From the NCBI GenBank assembly GCA_964016885.1, contig CAXHJY010000443.1:1-64000 (forward strand): a stretch of 64,000 bases of DNA, written 5' to 3'. The notes below the pieces were generated by a model. That model was not told the origin of the DNA and ran no database searches. It worked only from the letters and a program-made list of their open reading frames with translations. Positions within the stretch are counted from its first letter, which is position 1, and each line of letters starts with the position of its first letter. The stretch is from Eledone cirrhosa (lineage: Eukaryota). The position numbers and the translations under genes are program-made. This document shows positions 33,021 to 46,644 of the stretch, piece after piece.

Positions 33021-33277
33021 ACTCATGGTATGATAGCAATAAATACCAGAGTGTAATGTTCATCGATACAACCCCTAGAGGTGAATTAGCTTACAAATTT
33101 AGAAGGGCCCTAAATAAACATAAACTCAATATTAAGATAGTAGAAAGACCAGGTACCTCCGTAAAAACACTTATTAGCAAGACATACCCTTTTCAAAGAC
33201 GCTCATGTATAGATAAGAAATGTATAACCTGTAAAATGGTTGTTTGTTCTATGTGTGTGTGTGTTTTCATTTTGTCC

Positions 33278-36200
33278 TTAATTGTAAGTTGTGATGTTGC
33301 TGTTCCACTCATATTTTCTATTTAATTTTGGTTGTAATTCTTTTATGTTTATTGCCTTTGTAATTTGTCTAAACATTGCATCTTTTCTGTGTGTAGATTT
33401 TATTTTTATTTCTATGTTCTCTAATTTACCCCTGTGTTCTATCTTAGCATGTTGGTAGAGTACAGATGATTCTTTATTATCTTGAAGGTCTCGCCAGTGT
33501 TCATTTATCCGTTCCCCTATACTACGAGCTGTCTCACCTATGTACACTATATTTTTGTTTCTACATTGATCTTCAGTACATCTTATGCTATACACTACAT
33601 TTCTAGTTTTACAGTTAATATGGGGGCTTATTTTACAGGTTATACATTTTTTATCTATACATGAGGGTCTTTGAAAAGGGTATGTCTTGCTAATAAGTGT
33701 TTTTACGGAGTTACCTGGTCTTTCTACTATCTTAATATTGAGTTTATGTTTATTTAGGGCCCTTCTAAATTTGTTGGCTAGTTCGCTTCTAGGGGTTGTA
33801 TCGATGAACATTACACTCTGGTATTTATTGCTATCATACCATGAGTTTATTCTATTAGCCTTGTTCCTAGTTCTTTCTATTCTATTCCAAAATTTGCTCC
33901 TATACAAGGGGCAGGTCCCATTTATGTCATTATTTACCATTTTTCCCCATTAGGTTCTGGCTCCTCTATACACTCTGATTCTATCTCTCTGATTGTAGCC
34001 AGAGAACTGCATACGGTGGATGAAGTGTTGTATGTGTCTCTCTAGTTCTTCGGAGTTGCACATGCGGGACACATTTCTCATCACCCGTACCAAATCCGCA
34101 ATCAGTATGTTGATTTTGGTATGGTCCGAAATGGCCGAGTTTCGGTGGATCATATGTTTGGAAGTCATGGGTTTGGCATAATGGGAATGGAGGATTTGTT
34201 TTTGGTTGTTAATGGTATCTAACCAGAGCTCTGTGTCTAGTACAGGTAATCGATGGTTGGGGTATCTACTTGGGTAGTCTATAGTAACTCTAATGCTCTG
34301 GTGGATGGAGTTTGCTATTTGCTGGATGCTTTCCATTGTGTTTTTCTCTAGTTCCTGACTGTTCTCTAGTGGGGGTGTCTTAACTACGATGTTTATATCA
34401 TCTACGTAGCGGGAGTACATTATCAGGGTTAAGCTGTCTTCTCATTGTTCTTTAAGTTTAAGTTTAAGTCTACTGTTCCACCATACCATGAATAAGTTAG
34501 CTATGTCGCCTGCAATGCTAACACCAATGGATGCTCCTTCCTCTTGGGCATATGTTTTTTCATTAAATTTGAACATATGTTCCTTAAGGGTTAGTTTTAT
34601 GCTGGCCCCTACCGCATGTGCAATCATTTTCTTCAGCTCATCGTGCTTTTCGGGTGTCCGTATGGCTCTGGTCCACCCGTTCCATCTATCTGTGTGGGTT
34701 TTCTTGGCCATTGAGGTAATGGTAGGTGGTCTGCCTCTTGCTGCTCTTGTAGGGCACAGGTTGCTAAGGTCATATGTGTTTAGATAACTATTACTATAGG
34801 TAAGCTTAAGTAGAAGTCCCAGCTCACTGGTATCAATCCCACGGAACTCAACCTTGCTCTCACTGATCATTTCTACGCATTTCTCCACAGCAAAATCCAC
34901 GTCAATAGATAGATACAGGGACACAACATCCATACTGCCTATTATGCAGTTTGTTAGGTCCCCAGATCGGTTACCCACGCCGATTCTGCTGAGGAGGTCC
35001 GCCGTGCTGTCACATACATCTGGGGACATTTCAATGATGGGGCGTATGATCAGGGAGAGGAAGTAGGACAGTCTGTAGTTACTAGCAATGTTAGCTCCAC
35101 AGACTGGCCGTGTTGGTGGTCCCGCGACAGGGTCACAGCCCGTTTTATGGTCTTTTCGAAGCCCACACAACGCCGGCACGTCATTGTTCCAGGCCTGGAA
35201 GTTGTTGGCAGTCCTTTTGTTGGGCTGCATTATATTCGTCCACATCACCATATGGGCATTGAGGGCTTTTTCTCTATCCTCATGCTCCTGTGGTGTTACC
35301 TCTCTTGTGTTAGTGATGTGGGGTTGCATTGCCTGGATGTAGTTTGGCAGGCTGTCAACCGACATTCTGCCAGACTTGTCTGTTGGAAAGCATGCTATCT
35401 CTCCATTACGTGAGCGCTGCATGAGCTTACGCAAGCCATTTGCAGATTTTTCTCCCAGTTGCTGGGCCTCCATTCTATTATGCTTCTTGCTATACTGTTC
35501 TATAATATTTCTAAGTTCGGATCTAGCTATACTAAATTGTGCTTCTGTTTGTTCATCGACCTGCGACGGCAATTGCGTGCGTTTGTTAAATGGTAAAGTC
35601 GTGGCGTGGACTCGTCGCAGGTCGAATGATTTATCGGAGGGATTATAAAACGGAGAGTTCCAGGCTGCTGCTTTATGTGTACTAGTGCTATTGTTATTGT
35701 TAGTTGTGTTGTTTCTATTTCTATTTCCACCAACAGCCTCATGGTTGTTTCTATGTCTCTCATAATTACTCCTGTCTTTTTCCACTGGCTCATTGTTGTT
35801 ATCTACCCTATTTTGTGTGTCTGTGTGTTCCTCTTGGTTATTCTCTTTGTCCTTAGTCTCCCTTCTCCTTTTAATCCTATTACTTTCCCTTATTTCTATG
35901 ATTTCTGTGCTACTGTCATTACTTGTTTTCTGTGTCTGTGTGTTTGTTAAGATTGTGGTGGTGGTGAGAGGCATTGAATGCGTGTGTGTTGTTGTTGTTG
36001 ATGTGTGCTGTTGTTGATGTGTGTTGTTGTTGTCTCCGTGTGTGTTATTGTTGTTGTGTGTGTTGTTATTGTTGTTTGTGTCTGCGTGTCTGTTGTTGTT
36101 GTTTCTGGGTCTGTTGTTATTGTTGTTGTTGTTGATGTGTGTGTTGTTGTTATTGTTGTTTGTGTCTGTGTGTCTGTTGTTGTTGGGATGTGTGTTGTAT

Positions 36201-36613
36201 ATGTGTGTGCGTATATTGTTGCTTTTGTTTTTGTTTTTGATGCTCCAGCGTAGTTTTGTAAATGATTTTTCTATTTTTGAAAGACAACTAATCATATTTA
36301 CCTTCTTGAATGTCGCAAATTTCGGGGGCAAACACAACACAGACATCTCGTCTTTATCTATTCTTGCGTTCCCATATATATTGGTGTTTTTGTTGTTGAA
36401 CTCTTCTGTTAATGAGGTGTCGGCCATGTTTATACCGTCAATTTTGTCGGGATATCTATTGGTATTCTCTATAGTATCCTGATTTAGTTTTATCTGTTTA
36501 AGCCACTTTAGTTTCCTGTTAAAGTGCTTATCACATTCTTGAGTAATGTACTGTTCTTCAGGGTGTATAAGGCTTATAAATATTAGTTTCTCTCTTGGTG
36601 TGGTGATCCTAGC
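33278..36613 (-). pseudogene. PLE polyprotein (N-terminal region, RT, Cys linker, GIY-YIG) with two in-frame stops
   Basis: LCLPPKFA...DKSG...SMDVVSLY...YVDD...LPVLDTELW...VYSIRC..YIGET. The stops at ~34442 and ~33950 are point mutations relative to the sister copies. Confidence 0.92.
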
Positions 36614-36668
36614 TATATATAAATATATATAAATATACATATATATATAAATATACATATATATATAA

Positions 36669-36751
<83 letters not shown>

Positions 36752-36789
36752 TACATATATATATATATACATATATACATATATATATA

Positions 36790-37732
36790 TAGAGGGTCTA
36801 TCTTTACGAACCCAATAACTGTTCTCAAATTTGACTATAGTTTTCCTAGCTTCTAATATAATCTTAATTTCATCGTTTGTAAGGTCAGAGTTATCCTTAG
36901 CAAACTTAATGGCTCTATTCAAAGTTTCAGGTGATATCGATGAGTAATATTCGTCGATATCAAACTGGATAAACTTAGATTTATTCTTATTGCTAATGCT
37001 ATTAAACCATCTTATTGCTTCCTGGGTTTTCCCCCAGAGTTTAATGTTAACCTTAGCCTTAATTTGGGGGATGATTCTATCTAAGATATATTTGCTTATT
37101 TTACCTATATCTGATTTAGAGGGGCAGATTAATCTAATTTTAGGGTCATTATCAAAGTTTACCTTATGGTCCTTAAAATTGAAGGTGGGTACCGCCGGTA
37201 AGAGTGGTCCTGTCCTATCTTCGATTCCGAGATTTTTCACTATTTCGCATGCCTCATCATTGATGTGCTTAAGAGTTACTTCATTCGTTTTTCTATATTT
37301 TTTATGTAATTCTTTTCGAATGAAGTTGTTTTATGTAGTGCAGTCCATAGTATACAGGTTTGATGTTTTGTCCGCTTTTACTACAATTCCTTTGGTGTTT
37401 TTAAGGTCGTCCAGTAGTTTTTTAATATCTTTCTGTAATTTGTTGTTGGTGTTACGTCCTTTGAATTTAATTTTAAGGATTAAGTCCATAAGGTCCTGCT
37501 CACATGCATCTAATAGTGGGTTAGTGGGTGGGTTTTTACACGTTCTAAAACCAAATTTGTTGTTTACACCACTTTCTGATGGTGAGTTCATACGGCTTCT
37601 ATCATAGTGGAGCGTTTTCCACCTGACACGTCGAATGAATTCATTAGTTTTTTTAATCATACTCAATAAGTATTCCCTTTTACCTTGGATTGGTATGTTT
37701 TTGAGTGACATATCCAGGTAGTGTTTTTCCAT
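36790..37732 (-). pseudogene. Naiad-like ORF N-terminal half
   Basis: MEKHYLDMSLKNIP...FIRRVRWK...KADKTSNLY...FKDHK...[15 protein letters not shown]...[14 protein letters not shown]. One internal stop near 37331. Confidence 0.88.
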
Positions 37733-37936
37733 TGTTGTGGTTGCGTTTGCTGTGTGGGTTGCTCGACTTTACAGGAGGTAAATATACAGTATTTTCCGTA
37801 GTGTTGTAATATAAATATTACACACAGTAGATGGACAGCTCACGTAGAGTTTGCTCGACGGTTCCAGTTGTAGTTCCAAAAGTAATCCGGAGAAAAATAG
37901 AAGGATTTAAATGGATACAGTTTAGTTAAAAGGAAT

Positions 37937-38057
37937 TTATTGACACGTGTTTCAATAACAGTTACATAACCTAAAAACAGCTGCTATCTACAAAGTATTA
38001 GTTATGCAGACATTTAATATTTCAATGTTATTATCAACTGTCATTTCATCAGAATAA
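37937..38057 (-). ncRNA. Hammerhead ribozyme with extended stem II
   Basis: Minus strand reads ttatt CTGATGA aatgacagtt...aactgttatt GAAA cacgtg TC aataa. Confidence 0.83.
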
Positions 38058-38580
38058 TTTTACTGAGGACCTGTTTGGTTTTTATAGAGAATATTAGGAG
38101 GGAGGGGTGAAGTTGTTAGAAGAATAGTTGAGGGAGTGGTTTTTTGATAGCAGTGAGAATTTTTGGTGGCAGTGAGTAATTAGATTCCCATCTGTTGTTT
38201 TGACATTTTTATAGAATATATTATTGGTTATTTTTCTAAATCTATAGAAGGATTAGAGATAGTATAGATATGCATGGTTGGTTTTGTGTTTGCACTTAAT
38301 TAACATTCAGACTTAAATTTTTCTTTCAAGTGTACGTATCCTTTCTCCCACGCATTCACACACAAACATATATGCACACCTCTACAAAATACATATACTC
38401 ACATACACATACTTACATGCTCATACTTACATACATATACACATGCACATATATATATATACATATATATACATATATACATGTACATACATACGCATTC
38501 ATGTTTATACATTTTCATACTCAACTTATCTTTATATACACACGTATAGACACACACACATATACATACATACTCCAGTC

Positions 38581-38665
<85 letters not shown>

Positions 38666-38940
38666 GCTTTAATACATGAATACACTTACATCTAACTATA
38701 CACATCAAACATATATATATATTTACTTATTTATATACATTTTCACATATATATACATACATATGGTCGCTTTTAGACACATTCATTATAGCATATTTGC
38801 ACCTATTCTCATCAGCATATCTTTCCATTATTAGTGTGGTAATTTAAGGTTATTAATATACATATATGTGTTGAGAAGAGATTGTTTTTATATTTTTCTA
38901 ACTAGATTGAGGTTTATATAGTTGGGGAGATGTCCCTCTT

Positions 38941-40250
38941 TTATGTAATATTCAGCTTGTAGTGGGAAAAAAGGGTTTTAGTTCGGTGACGGCAGAATAA
39001 TGTTCGTTCAATTCTGTTGTTCAGCAATTTCTTCTTGTGTGTGATTATGTAATAAATCTCAAGATTACACAATTTGCAGAAATTTTGGCTCCTGGAAAAG
39101 CTTTGGGTTTTAGCTAATTTCTCCCATTTTAGGGTAAACTTTTGATCGCTATCTCCGAGCGTCCAAGCTTTTTCTGCTAAAGTTGTTATATTTCTTTGGC
39201 TCTGGTGTTTTATTGAGTAAGAATGCCTATATAATCGAGATTTAAACGATGTTGCCGTTGATCCCACGTAATACCACTCGTTGCCTCCGGATTTAATGGT
39301 ACACTTATAAATGATATTTTTTTCCAGGCACTTATTGCCGAGGGGGCAGTTGTCAGGATAGGTGCAGTTACAGTTGTGTACGTTGGGTTTTCTCTGGAGT
39401 AGTATTGCGGACGAACTTAGGTGTGGTTTATTTATGTTCTGTAGTGTATTGTCTACTGTTTTTTTTGTGTTCTTTGTACTTAAGTTTTTAGTGTTTTCGT
39501 TTAACCTTCTAGTATTGATCTTTTTTATGTGTTGTTCAAGGTTTAACGCTGTAGAGTATGACAGTCTTATAGTGGTAGGGTTTAGGATTTTGTGGTATTT
39601 ATGTGATGTAGGAAAATGTCTCTTAATTATTTTAAAGAAGAGTACTGGTAAATTTGTACTAATGGAACTATTGTATTCAGGGTTATACCATAAGTACTCT
39701 TTGCATCGCTTTCTATTAGTTTTGTTTGTTGGTTTACTGGTGTGTATACTATGTTAGTAAGTGTGGTTTGGTGTTGTGTTATTATATCTACCTATGTGGG
39801 ATTTATTTTGGGTGTTTTGATTGTTCTCATCTATATACTCTATTTTGTTGAGGTAGCCTGCTTTACTAAGTGCGTTATCGTAGTACTCGGCGTGTTCCTT
39901 AAATACTTGTATGTTAGAAGATAGACCCGAGATTCTAAGGGAAATATTTTTAGGGATAGATTTAATTATAGAGATGGGGTGGTTAGACCCAACATTTACG
40001 TACTTGAGATTTTCATTCAATTTATGAAACGGTTTAATCAGACCAGAGTTTAAATTGAGTGTGACATCCAGGAAGTTAACTACCTTAAGGTTGTATTCAT
40101 ATGTTATAGTTAGTCCTATTTCGAGTAGTAGTTTTCTTATATCTTTGCGTAGTTTTTCTAGTTTTTGGTTATTTAGGTTTTTAACTAGGAGGAGAACATC
40201 GTTGCGGTATATTCCGCCGTGGAGATTGCTGAATTTTTCCTGGAGTCTAA
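38941..40250 (-). pseudogene. Naiad-like ORF C-terminal half (RT palm/thumb, CCCC linker, GIY-YIG)
   Basis: GGIYRND, VNFLDVTL, SNHP, CNCTYPDNCPLGNKC, NIIYKC...YYVGST, CKLC, CRH. Confidence 0.88.
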
Positions 40251-40707
40251 AGGCGATCGAAACGGTAAGGCCTGGACGAATAAAGGAACGTTTGCCGGGT
40301 TCCAGGCGGAAGACGGAAGGCGTCGTGTCGCATCGCGTAACTTCACCTCGCGTCGCGTATACACGCCGTCTTGCCGCCTGTCTTTCCCGGCAGCTAACAT
40401 GACCTCTACCGACCAATCAAAATTGTTTTGACCACAAGAATTTTTGCAACACCAAAGTAGCGCTGGAGCCACTTTTTTAACATAAAAACAGGTAGAATTC
40501 CCAAAACTAATCAGATCAGAGCAAACAACACGGACACTCTATCTCGAAATTATTTTTGAAAAGCATTTAGAAATGCGCAACCGGTAAAAACTTAAAAACT
40601 TAAAACCACAACTGAATACTAACCCATACAATTACTAATACACTTTTATTCCTAATTAAACCATTTTTCAACTGTGAACAATTTGTGAGCATTTTCTATT
40701 CCGTTTA

Positions 40708-40840
<133 letters not shown>

Positions 40841-40841
40841 G

Positions 40842-40872
<31 letters not shown>

Positions 40873-40887
40873 GTATATATATATATG

Positions 40888-40918
<31 letters not shown>

Positions 40919-40973
40919 GTATATATATATATGTATATATATATGTATGTATATATGTATGTATATATATATG

Positions 40974-41006
<33 letters not shown>

Positions 41007-41021
41007 GTATATATATATATA

Positions 41022-41540
41022 TTTGGCTGCGCTTTCTAGCAGCAAGCCTACCCGCCGTAAGCAACCAATCACATTCTTTCTCTCTGGCTTGAACACAGCC
41101 ACATAGTGATTTTTAGCCATTTTTTAATCTAATTTTGACGGGATCGGATTGAAAAACTAGATGTCTGATTTTGAGTTTGTCTCCTGATGAATCCTAACTC
41201 AGGACATTCCTATTATTTGGATGTCCAAAATAAGGAAGAAACCATGGTAGAGACATAATTACGGTATGTGCGCATTTCTTCTAAGTTTAATTTTACAACT
41301 AATTGTGTATGGTTGATGGTATATTTAGTCAGTTTCTACATGCTGTCGAAATGTTGGATAAATACTCGACTGAGGCCGCCGCGAAGAGGCTACGTTCGGT
41401 TATTTGTCGGGGATTTCCCCATAAGAGCATGTATTCTTATAGTTTGTTCTGATTGATTTTTTATATGGTTTAACTATGCTAATTAGAAGAAGAAATAGTA
41501 TATATTTTATTATCTGATGATTCTAAAGACATGATTTATG
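41022..41540 (+). mobile_element. ORF-less HHR-bearing insertion
   Basis: Unique ~520 bp with an HHR at 41178. A second CTGATGA at ~41514 is cut off by the TA array. Confidence 0.6.
41178..41255 (+). ncRNA. Type I hammerhead ribozyme
   Basis: tgtctc CTGATGA atcctaactcaggacattcc...ggatgtccaaaataaggaa GAAA ccatgg TA gagaca. Confidence 0.8.
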
Positions 41541-41572
<32 letters not shown>

Positions 41573-41587
41573 ATATGTATATATATG

Positions 41588-41676
<89 letters not shown>

Positions 41677-41944
41677 GTATATATATATATGTATATTGTA
41701 TATATATATATGTATATATATATATATGTATATATATATATGTATAATATATATATATGTATTATAAGTATTTATATATATATATATATTAATATATGTA
41801 TTATATATATGTATATATATGTATATATATGTATATATATATATATATATGTATATATATGTATATATATATATATATATTATATATTATATATATTATA
41901 TATATATTATATATGATATATATATATATATAGTAATATATATG

Positions 41945-42165
<221 letters not shown>

Positions 42166-42168
42166 ATG

Positions 42169-42201
<33 letters not shown>

Positions 42202-42279
42202 GTGTGTATATATATATATATGTATATATATGTATATATATATGTTATAATATATATATGTATATATATATATATATTG

Positions 42280-42315
<36 letters not shown>

Positions 42316-42343
42316 TATATACATATATAATATATTATATACA

Positions 42344-42395
<52 letters not shown>

Positions 42396-42416
42396 CATAT
42401 ATATATATACATATAT

Positions 42417-42968
42417 ATCATCATCATCATCATCAACGTTTAACGTCCGTGTTCCACGCTTGCATGGGTTTGGACGGGGGTAGTCCCACTTGAGGCAAGA
42501 GTGATTGTCTTGCTCGCATAGGACTGTCTGGCAGGTTTTCTACAGTTGGATGCCCTTCCTAACACCAACCACATTTACAGTGTGGGTCTGGGAGGTTTTT
42601 ACCGTGTTGCCTACACGGCCACAATTACAGCGTGGACTGTGTGTTTTTTTGTCGTGACACCTACACGATCTCATTTGTTTCGGCCTGGATGGCGCGGCAC
42701 CAACATAACTTTACATAGAACGGGGTGGTGTGGATGGGGTGGTGGTGGTGGCGGGACGGGGTGTATTTTTGTTAGAGATGCCTACTGGCAAGGCGGGGTC
42801 TTCTCTGTTACTGAGTACCGCCAAAGGTCTCGGTCCAGTGACATTGGTCTTGGAGAGGTGTAAGTGTGTGAGGTCGGAGTTTATCAGCTCATCCCATGTT
42901 TTTCTAGGTCTGCCTATTCCGTGGCTACCGTCTATCTTTATTGCCCTGCACTTTGTTATACAGCTATC
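42417..42968 (-). mobile_element. 5'-truncated RTE LINE (ORF end, 3'UTR, (GAT)n tail)
   Basis: Reverse complement of ~56372-56902 plus tail. Confidence 0.88.
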
Positions 42969-43011
42969 ATATATATATTATATATACATATATATATATA
43001 TATACATATAT

Positions 43012-43174
<163 letters not shown>

Positions 43175-43175
43175 G

Positions 43176-43253
<78 letters not shown>

Positions 43254-43289
43254 CATATATATATTATATATACATATATATATATTATA

Positions 43290-43323
<34 letters not shown>

Positions 43324-43328
43324 CATAC

Positions 43329-43369
<41 letters not shown>

Positions 43370-43394
43370 TATACATATATATATTATATATATA

Positions 43395-43435
<41 letters not shown>

Positions 43436-43464
43436 TATATATATATACACACATATATATTATA

Positions 43465-43588
<124 letters not shown>

Positions 43589-43593
43589 GTATA

Positions 43594-43674
<81 letters not shown>

Positions 43675-43727
43675 GTATATATATATGTATATATATGTAT
43701 ATATATATGTATATATATATATGTATA

Positions 43728-43776
<49 letters not shown>

Positions 43777-43787
43777 ATATATGTATA

Positions 43788-43931
<144 letters not shown>

Positions 43932-43934
43932 ATA

Positions 43935-43976
<42 letters not shown>

Positions 43977-44018
43977 GTATATTATATATATATATATATA
44001 TATAATATATATATATAT

Positions 44019-44049
<31 letters not shown>

Positions 44050-44112
44050 GTATATATATATATATACATACATATATATACATATATATAATATATATAT
44101 ATATATATATAC

Positions 44113-44157
<45 letters not shown>

Positions 44158-44205
44158 TACACATATATATATATATACACATATATATATATATATATAT
44201 ACACA

Positions 44206-44247
<42 letters not shown>

Positions 44248-44304
44248 ATATATATATACATATATATACATATATATATATATATAATACATATATATAC
44301 ATAT

Positions 44305-44356
<52 letters not shown>

Positions 44357-44377
44357 TATACATATATATATATATAC

Positions 44378-44429
<52 letters not shown>

Positions 44430-44484
44430 TATACATATATATATATAATATATATATATATATATAATATAAATATATATATAC

Positions 44485-44534
<50 letters not shown>

Positions 44535-44545
44535 ATATATATAAT

Positions 44546-44685
<140 letters not shown>

Positions 44686-44926
44686 CATATATATACATAT
44701 ATATACATACATATATATATAATTATATATATATATAATATATATATATATATATACATATATATACATATATATATATACATATATATACATATATATA
44801 CATACATATATATTATATTATATATATATATATATTATATATATATATATATACATATATATACATATATATATATACATATATATACATATATAATATA
44901 TACATATATATATACATATATATATA

Positions 44927-44986
<60 letters not shown>

Positions 44987-44999
44987 TACATATTATATA

Positions 45000-45105
<106 letters not shown>

Positions 45106-45112
45106 CATACTA

Positions 45113-45148
<36 letters not shown>

Positions 45149-45210
45149 CTATATATATATATATATAACATAATATAATATATATATATATATATATATA
45201 CATATATATA

Positions 45211-45243
<33 letters not shown>

Positions 45244-45276
45244 CTACATATATATATATATTATATATATATATAC

Positions 45277-45370
<94 letters not shown>

Positions 45371-45416
45371 ATACATAATATATATATATATAATATATAT
45401 ATACATATATATATTA

Positions 45417-45474
<58 letters not shown>

Positions 45475-45501
45475 CATATATATAATATATATATATATAT
45501 A

Positions 45502-45568
<67 letters not shown>

Positions 45569-45598
45569 CATACTATATATATATATATATACATATTA

Positions 45599-45638
<40 letters not shown>

Positions 45639-45639
45639 C

Positions 45640-45694
<55 letters not shown>

Positions 45695-46146
45695 CATATA
45701 TATTATAATATATATATATACATATATATATACATATATATATACATATATATATAACATATTATATATATATATGGGGGTGTGTGTGTGTTTGTATGTT
45801 CGTGGTTATGTGTATATTTATGCATATACGCGCGTGTATGTGTGATTGTACGGATATGTGTGAGTATGAAAAAATATATTTATATACTTAATTTCATAAG
45901 TGTCAATACGCATCTTATCTGTGCATTATAAACTTACAGAGACATTAACCTTGAAATTTTGTATTTGCATCCATCCTTTTAGTATGCGTTATACAAATTA
46001 TACATACATTTTTGTAAAATATGTGTAAGGGTTTTACATGTATATACACACACCGAACTGCATTTAACCCTTTGTGTTTTCATTGGTCAATTTTGTTCCC
46101 AAACGGACCTGAAATTTTGAATTGTTGTTATTATCAATAAATATAC

Positions 46147-46301
46147 TTCATTATTTCTGAAGACGGCGTATATATGTGTTTGGTATGTATATTTAATCTT
46201 GATAATTTGTATAATTTTGTATAATTTTGTACATAGATCTGTTGAATATGCATACCAATTCTAACACATATATATCCTAGAAACGATCGTTAAATAATGA
46301 A
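46147..46301 (+). ncRNA. Hammerhead ribozyme with extended stem II (5' pLTR)
   Basis: ttcattattt CTGAAGA ... GAAA cgatcg TT aaataatgaa. Confidence 0.8.
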
Positions 46302-46644
46302 CTTTTTTTGTTTAATATAAGGAATTGTTTATTCATTATTTGTTTAATATTTTATCTTGACTCTGTATACCGTTTATCTTTCACCGAAAGTGATTTTTCA
46401 TTACATCTCTTCTTTCCATGATATCCGGAATACATTGAGTTCTTCATACGGATTGGACACTACCGTAAACTCTTGGTCGATTTATCTACATAATTTTGCT
46501 CCTATTTTCACGGAAATATTCGTATTTTTGTACTGTATGTGTGTATTAATTTTATATTTATGTATATACATATATATATGTATGATTTTGTAAACCCATA
46601 TACATTTAGTTGAGCTCTTTCAATTGTCCATCATCCATATCACA

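Larger units (their letters stand above)
31809..36613 (-). mobile_element. Long family A (Neptune-like) PLE with partial inverted duplication
   Basis: The minus-strand body at 33238-36613 is preceded by plus-strand copies of the RT (31809-33016, mirroring ~34238-35445) and the linker (33021-33236). Confidence 0.9.
36790..40250 (-). mobile_element. Naiad-like PLE (family B2) in permuted head-to-tail arrangement
   Basis: Minus-strand order: RT C-terminus and GIY-YIG (40250-38941), 3'UTR, HHR, 5'UTR, then ORF start (37732) and RT N-terminus to 36790. Confidence 0.88.

Noticed and set aside
34440-34445. In-frame TGA as selenocysteine (reported for some Naiad PLEs)
   Set aside because: The sister copy has TTA (Leu) here and it is not a Cys position. 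The Cys motifs I read in the Naiad-like ORFs use normal Cys codons, and I saw no convincing SECIS.
34442-37240. 932-aa ORF as a novel double-RT fusion protein
   Set aside because: It is a chance in-frame join of a Naiad fragment, a TA microsatellite (36614-36790) and a family A fragment.
39754-40416. 220-aa ORF with novel Arg-rich N-terminus
   Set aside because: It is a read-through from unrelated CpG-rich sequence into the truncated PLE RT.
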